A stretch of 39,998 nt of DNA from an uncultured Bacteroidales bacterium (GTDB lineage Bacteria; Bacteroidota; Bacteroidia; Bacteroidales; JAEINX01), in contig CAZBSL010000002.1 of the NCBI GenBank assembly GCA_964494265.1, forward strand, positions 1 to 39,998. Direction: 5' to 3'. Within the stretch, counting starts at the first letter, position 1. Every line of letters begins with the position of its first letter. Below, in pieces: positions 36,493 through 39,998 of this stretch. Under the pieces are notes generated by a model that had not been told where the DNA came from, did no database searches, and saw only the letters and a program-made list of their open reading frames with translations. The translations under genes were made by a program, and so were the position numbers.

Positions 36493-37302
36493 TCAATTAT
36501 TTCTAAATTTTTTTGCTTCCTGTAAAAACCGTTCTGCAATCGGATAAGACAGTTTATTATCAGGACTTAGTCGCTCAGGATGCCATTGAACTGCAATCAA
36601 AAAGGATTTTTCTTTAGGATATTTCCATTCAATGGCTTCTATTAAACTATCAGGGGTGAATGCTGAGGCAACAAAGCAATCAGCAAGCTTATTAACAGCT
36701 TGATGATGATTGCTGTTTGAAAAGTAATAACCGGTTTGACAGATTTTATTTAAAAGTGAATTATTAACAACCGTAATATCATGCTCACAATTATAAGAAT
36801 CTTCACAACGATGAATAATACTTGTATCGAAATCAGTCGGGATATCAATTATTAAACTTCCACCCATAGCGACGTTTAAAATCTGCTCGCCCCTGCAAAC
36901 ACCCAAAATAGGCATTTTCATTTCAAGAGCTCTTTCAATAAGGGCAAATTCTAAAGTGTCTCGCTTGAAATCAATTTCTCCACAGCGAGAGGTATCAAAA
37001 GCCTGATTATAACGCCCCGGGAAAACATCAGGCCCTCCTGTAAGCAATAATCCATCACAGTTTTCAAATATCATTAAAGCCGAATCTAAGCTGATATGAT
37101 ACATGTCAATGCATTCAATTGTTGAATCATTTGCTTTTAACCAATCTGAATATTGCCCGTAATATTCTGCGGGTTTTGCTTTAGAAATTGCAATTTTTAT
37201 CTGTTCTTCTTTTTTAACAGAATCACAGGATGGAAAAATATTGGTGAGCAGGAATCCGAAAAATATTAAAATTATCGGAAGGAAATGTTTGTTGTGTTTC
37301 AT
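36493..37302 (-). CDS. Class I glutamine amidotransferase-like / peptidase C26 (gamma-glutamyl-gamma-aminobutyrate hydrolase family), predicted lipoprotein
   Basis: The start was moved to Met41 (MKHNKHFLPIILIFFGFLLTNIFPSC). The nucleophile elbow is GVCRGEQILNVAMGG and the His-Glu pair lies in VQWHPE. Confidence 0.75.
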   Translation of the reverse strand: MKHNKHFLPIILIFFGFLLTNIFPSCDSVKKEEQIKIAISKAKPAEYYGQYSDWLKANDSTIECIDMYHISLDSALMIFENCDGLLLTGGPDVFPGRYNQAFDTSRCGEIDFKRDTLEFALIERALEMKMPILGVCRGEQILNVAMGGSLIIDIPTDFDTSIIHRCEDSYNCEHDITVVNNSLLNKICQTGYYFSNSNHHQAVNKLADCFVASAFTPDSLIEAIEWKYPKEKSFLIAVQWHPERLSPDNKLSYPIAERFLQEAKKFRNN

Positions 37303-37319
37303 GGGTTTATGTTTTGTTT

Positions 37320-37370
37320 CCCGCAGATTACGCTGATTTTCGCAGATAGTATTTTTGCGATTATCTGTGG
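37320..37370. repeat. CGCAGAT-type short repeats related to the 36383-36465 arms
   Basis: CCGCAGATTACGCTGATTTTCGCAGAT is followed by GCGATTATCTGTGG (an inverted copy), immediately upstream of the C26 gene start. Confidence 0.55.
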
Positions 37371-37569
37371 AAGATTTGTTTAATTTATAATCATTCTTTA
37401 TGTGTGTAACAAAATGGTTCACAAATTAAGGAAATAATTTAGAAATGAATAAAATTATTTTTTCAAAAAAACAATATTTGTTTATTGTATCCAAATATTT
37501 TCTATCTTTACACTAAGTTTTTCAGCTAATTTTAAAAGCATGATTTGTCAGGATTGTTTTATGGGGGAA

Positions 37570-37640
37570 GGGATGGCATCCCTCGGGAAGAATATAAAAA
37601 GTAACAATCATACATTGACCCTCATAAGGGATGCCATCCC
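37570..37640. repeat. Two copies of a GGGATG-N-CATCCC hairpin, 58 bp apart
   Basis: GGGATGGCATCCC lies at about 37570-37582 and GGGATGCCATCCC at about 37628-37640. The listed 60-aa ORF (37540-37722) spans both and looks spurious. Confidence 0.7.
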
Positions 37641-37751
37641 TGTCCTTCATTCACTTCGTCCTTTTAAAAGGCATGTTCGTAAAATATGTATAAAAGTGAA
37701 TCGAGAATATAAAAAAGTTTAATATCTTTAATTTTAAAAAAACACAATATT

Positions 37752-38993
37752 ATGAAATTCTATGTAATTACTTTTTTAATTTTATGCCTGATTATTTCAC
37801 AACAGGCTTTTCCACAAAAGGAAAATGCAAAAGACGCTTTAACAGGCGAACAGCAAATTGAACTTTCAGAAGGTTTTAGTTTTATTTCATCACGAATTAT
37901 TGCTGAAAATCCTGATATGTTAGTTGTTATGGCTTTCGTATTAAACGAAAATCTTGATTTTATAAGAAATTCATTAGGGCAGACATTACGAAAAATTGGA
38001 CCAAATTGGGTTAACGGTATTGGTGACTGGATAATTGATGAAGGTTACCTTGTTAAAATGTTTGCGGGTGACTCATTCATTATTGAGGGTGATATAGTTG
38101 ACCCGGTAACTCCGATTTCATTAGAAGCAGGATTTCAGTTTGTAAGTTATTTTCCTGAAAATCCTATGGATGCTCTGATTGCTTATGAAACTATCCTTGG
38201 AAACGATCTTGATTTTATAAGAAATTCACAAGGGCAGATATTGCGTAAAATCGGCCCGAATTGGATTAATGGTATTGGTGATTGTAATCCCGGTGAAGGT
38301 TATCTTATTAAGATGTTTGCCGATGATGTTTTAATTTATCCCTATTCATCATCATTTACCTGCGGCGACCCATTCACCGACCCTCGTGATGGACAAGTTT
38401 ACTCCACCGTACAAATTGGCACGCAATGCTGGATGGCAGAAAACCTAAACATAGGTGAAATGATAAACGGTAGTTCAAATATGATAAATAATAGTGTAAT
38501 TGAAAAATATTGTTACTATAATAATACTGCCAATTGCGATGAATATGGTGGTTTGTATCAATGGAACGAAATAATGGAATATAGCACAATACCCGGAGTG
38601 CAAGGCATTTGCCATGCCGGTTGGCATTTACCAACTGATGACGAATGGAAAATACTTGAAGGCACAGTTGACAGCCAATATCCTGTAGGCGACCCTGAAT
38701 GGGATGATACAGGATGGAGGGGTTATGATGCAGGTGAAAAACTTAAATCAACAATAGGCTGGTACTCAGGTGGAAATAAAACAAATGATTTTGGGTTTGA
38801 GGCCCTTCCCGGCGGTTGCTGTACTTCAAGTGGTTATTTCTACAATCTTACAAGCCAAGCCTACTTTTGGTCTTCTTGTGAGTATAGCAGTTCACGTGCC
38901 TGGTATCGTGACCTCTATTCAATCATCAATGGAGTAACTCGTGGCAACTACGATAAGGTACACGGTTTTTCAGTTCGTTGCTTGCAGGATTAA
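37752..38993 (+). CDS. Secreted protein: N-terminal two-module repeat cassette plus a C-terminal Fibrobacter succinogenes major paralogous (FISUMP) domain
   Basis: It has a signal peptide (MKFYVITFLILCLIISQQAFP). Two modules carry LDFIRNSLGQTLRKIGPNWVNGIGD and LDFIRNSQGQILRKIGPNWINGIGD. The C-terminal part has FTDPRDGQVYSTVQIGTQCWMAENLN, YGGLYQW, CHAGWHLPTDDEWKILE, FWSS and FSVRCLQD, typical of TIGR02145-like FISUMP domains. Confidence 0.8.
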   Translation: MKFYVITFLILCLIISQQAFPQKENAKDALTGEQQIELSEGFSFISSRIIAENPDMLVVMAFVLNENLDFIRNSLGQTLRKIGPNWVNGIGDWIIDEGYLVKMFAGDSFIIEGDIVDPVTPISLEAGFQFVSYFPENPMDALIAYETILGNDLDFIRNSQGQILRKIGPNWINGIGDCNPGEGYLIKMFADDVLIYPYSSSFTCGDPFTDPRDGQVYSTVQIGTQCWMAENLNIGEMINGSSNMINNSVIEKYCYYNNTANCDEYGGLYQWNEIMEYSTIPGVQGICHAGWHLPTDDEWKILEGTVDSQYPVGDPEWDDTGWRGYDAGEKLKSTIGWYSGGNKTNDFGFEALPGGCCTSSGYFYNLTSQAYFWSSCEYSSSRAWYRDLYSIINGVTRGNYDKVHGFSVRCLQD

Positions 38994-38995
38994 TT

Positions 38996-39765
38996 GTGCA
39001 CAGAAGATTAAGCAAGATACACAGCACAATGTATTACAAATTGTTTAATCGAACTATAAATGAGATGGTGGACTGTAAGTTTATATTAAAGAGTATTAAC
39101 AGAAAGGTAAAACTGTGGAGGTCGAGCGAACTGATTAACCGAGCTACCCGACAAAGAACTTTAATTATGGACAAAACAGATTTGACCCACCGACAGGGGC
39201 TATCAGAAGAATCTGTCAAACCGCCTTACGGTGCTTTTATCCAACGATAGAGGTGTTGAGCGGATAGGGAAAAGGGATGTTGAAAGAAACATTTCAGGTA
39301 TAAATACAAGAGTTGAACGAAAGTGAACTGACCGATGAGGTGTCGAAATGCATATAGACAGTGTAGTAAACCGGGGGAACTTAATCTGTCCTGGGATAAT
39401 TATAAGGGTAATCTGAAAACACCTCTTATAACAACACTCGGCATATAGGCAGCAAGACTTGTATTTGGGTTTATTTATGGAACTGTGGAAACCAACTGAT
39501 GATGAAAATCGAAACGACACAAGCGGACAAGCCGTGAGGTCAAAAGTAGAGAAGTGTCAGTTGGTGGCGGACTAACTCGTAGTAGTGATGAAATTTCTGT
39601 AATGGAAGTGGAGCGAAGGGGTTAGCTAATGGGAATTCACATTTTACCAACTCAAAAGAGGAAGAGTTTAATTGTAATTCATATTAGAAGAGCCGTATGA
39701 CGGGAGACTATCACGTACGGTTCTGTGAGAGGCTTGGGGTGAAATTCCCCTTGCCTACTCGGCGT
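38996..39765 (+). mobile_element. ORF-less group II intron-like ribozyme (~770 nt); the boundaries are approximate
   Basis: The 5' end is GTGCA (consensus GUGYG) 2 nt after the FISUMP stop. A GC-enriched, structure-rich body follows. An AACTCGTAGTAGTG block at about 39574-39587 resembles the J2/3-domain III junction as I remember it from Ll.LtrB. A short ~60-nt hairpin occupies the place of domain IV (inner stem AACTC/GAGTT with a purine-rich AAAAGAGGAA loop). Domain V is canonical at 39690-39723, and domain VI has a bulged A at about 39757. Only 61-105-aa ORFs without reverse-transcriptase motifs overlap the element. Confidence 0.75.
39690..39760 (+). ncRNA. Group II intron domains V and VI
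   Basis: Domain V is GAGCCGTATGACGGGAGACTATCACGTACGGTTC, 34 nt. It has a 9-bp lower helix (GAGCCGUAU/GUACGGUUC), the AGC triad, a 2-nt AC bulge, and an upper helix capped by a GAGA (GNRA) loop. It is nearly identical in its lower half to the ai5-gamma and Ll.LtrB domain V sequences. Domain VI is GAG-AGGC-uu-GGGG / CCCC-uu-GCCU-A-CUC, with the unpaired A 7-8 nt from the presumed 3' end. Confidence 0.9.
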
Positions 39766-39998
39766 GTGTGCAAAATTCGTTCAATTTAATAATGAAAATT
39801 TGTATTTGAAAATCGAATGAATATTTTTAAAAGTGATTTAGAATATTTGATTGTTTTTTAAAATCGAAAGATTAGTTTAATATTCAAGTAATAGTTATAT
39901 TAAAAGATTATTTTAGAATCTAATAACTATTTTGGAAGTGCGTTAATAACAAATTTAAGTTTTGCAGGCGAGCTTTTAGGGATTTTTTGCTGATTACG

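Noticed and set aside
38978-39520. ORFs of 90, 61 and 105 aa overlapping the intron-like element
   Set aside because: They have no reverse-transcriptase, maturase or endonuclease motifs. They lie within predicted ribozyme helices, and one is antisense. They are most likely non-coding.
39765-39998. GTGTG immediately after the intron 3' end, as a possible start of a second, tandem group II intron
   Set aside because: The downstream sequence is extremely AT-rich with no intron-like helices before the window ends. The GTGTGCA more likely reflects target-site or exon sequence.
38800-39998. Diversity-generating retroelement (VR at the C-terminus of the lectin-like FISUMP domain with a TR downstream)
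   Set aside because: I found no downstream segment resembling the 3' end of the gene (no TR/VR pair) and no RT gene in the window. Domain V/VI identify the downstream RNA as group II intron-derived instead.

Overview
This is an AT-rich, Bacteroidota-type chromosomal window; sampled 60-nt lines are roughly one-third G+C. The core is a type IX secretion (T9SS)/gliding cluster: gldJ, a PorP/SprF-family gene, two tandem full-length PorU paralogues and porV. Around it sit cell-wall genes (anmK, murF, and later mrdA-rodA) and ispF. Other content, in order:
- a 1530-aa C25 (gingipain-family) protease with a T9SS C-terminal sorting domain
- a multi-PAS hybrid histidine kinase (no obvious TM segment) bracketed by ~175-bp direct repeats
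- a higher-GC two-gene lipoprotein island (SxxK serine hydrolase plus an Ntn/C45-like hydrolase)
- an M14 carboxypeptidase
- a HigB/HigA-type toxin-antitoxin pair
- an orphan LytTR response regulator, plus a 5'-truncated paralogue near the window start
- a C26/GATase1-type lipoprotein
- a secreted protein with a Fibrobacter succinogenes major paralogous (FISUMP) domain

The most unusual observations are:
1. About 2 nt after the FISUMP gene stop lies a ~770-nt ORF-less group II intron-like ribozyme. It has a textbook domain V (AGC triad, AC bulge, GNRA loop) and a domain VI with a bulged A.
2. The first ~1.7 kb has no credible ORF. It is built from several repeat classes: a ~53-bp hairpin-bearing tandem array, GTGTAA-N3-TTACAC palindromes, and a 21-copy heptanucleotide microsatellite.
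3. The T9SS sortase PorU is tandemly duplicated.
4. A two-module repeat cassette of unknown function is shared, in the same order, by the C25 protease and the FISUMP protein.

Motif coordinates were read by eye and may be off by 1-2 nt. CDS ends follow the supplied ORF track, with some starts moved to internal Met codons that precede signal peptides.
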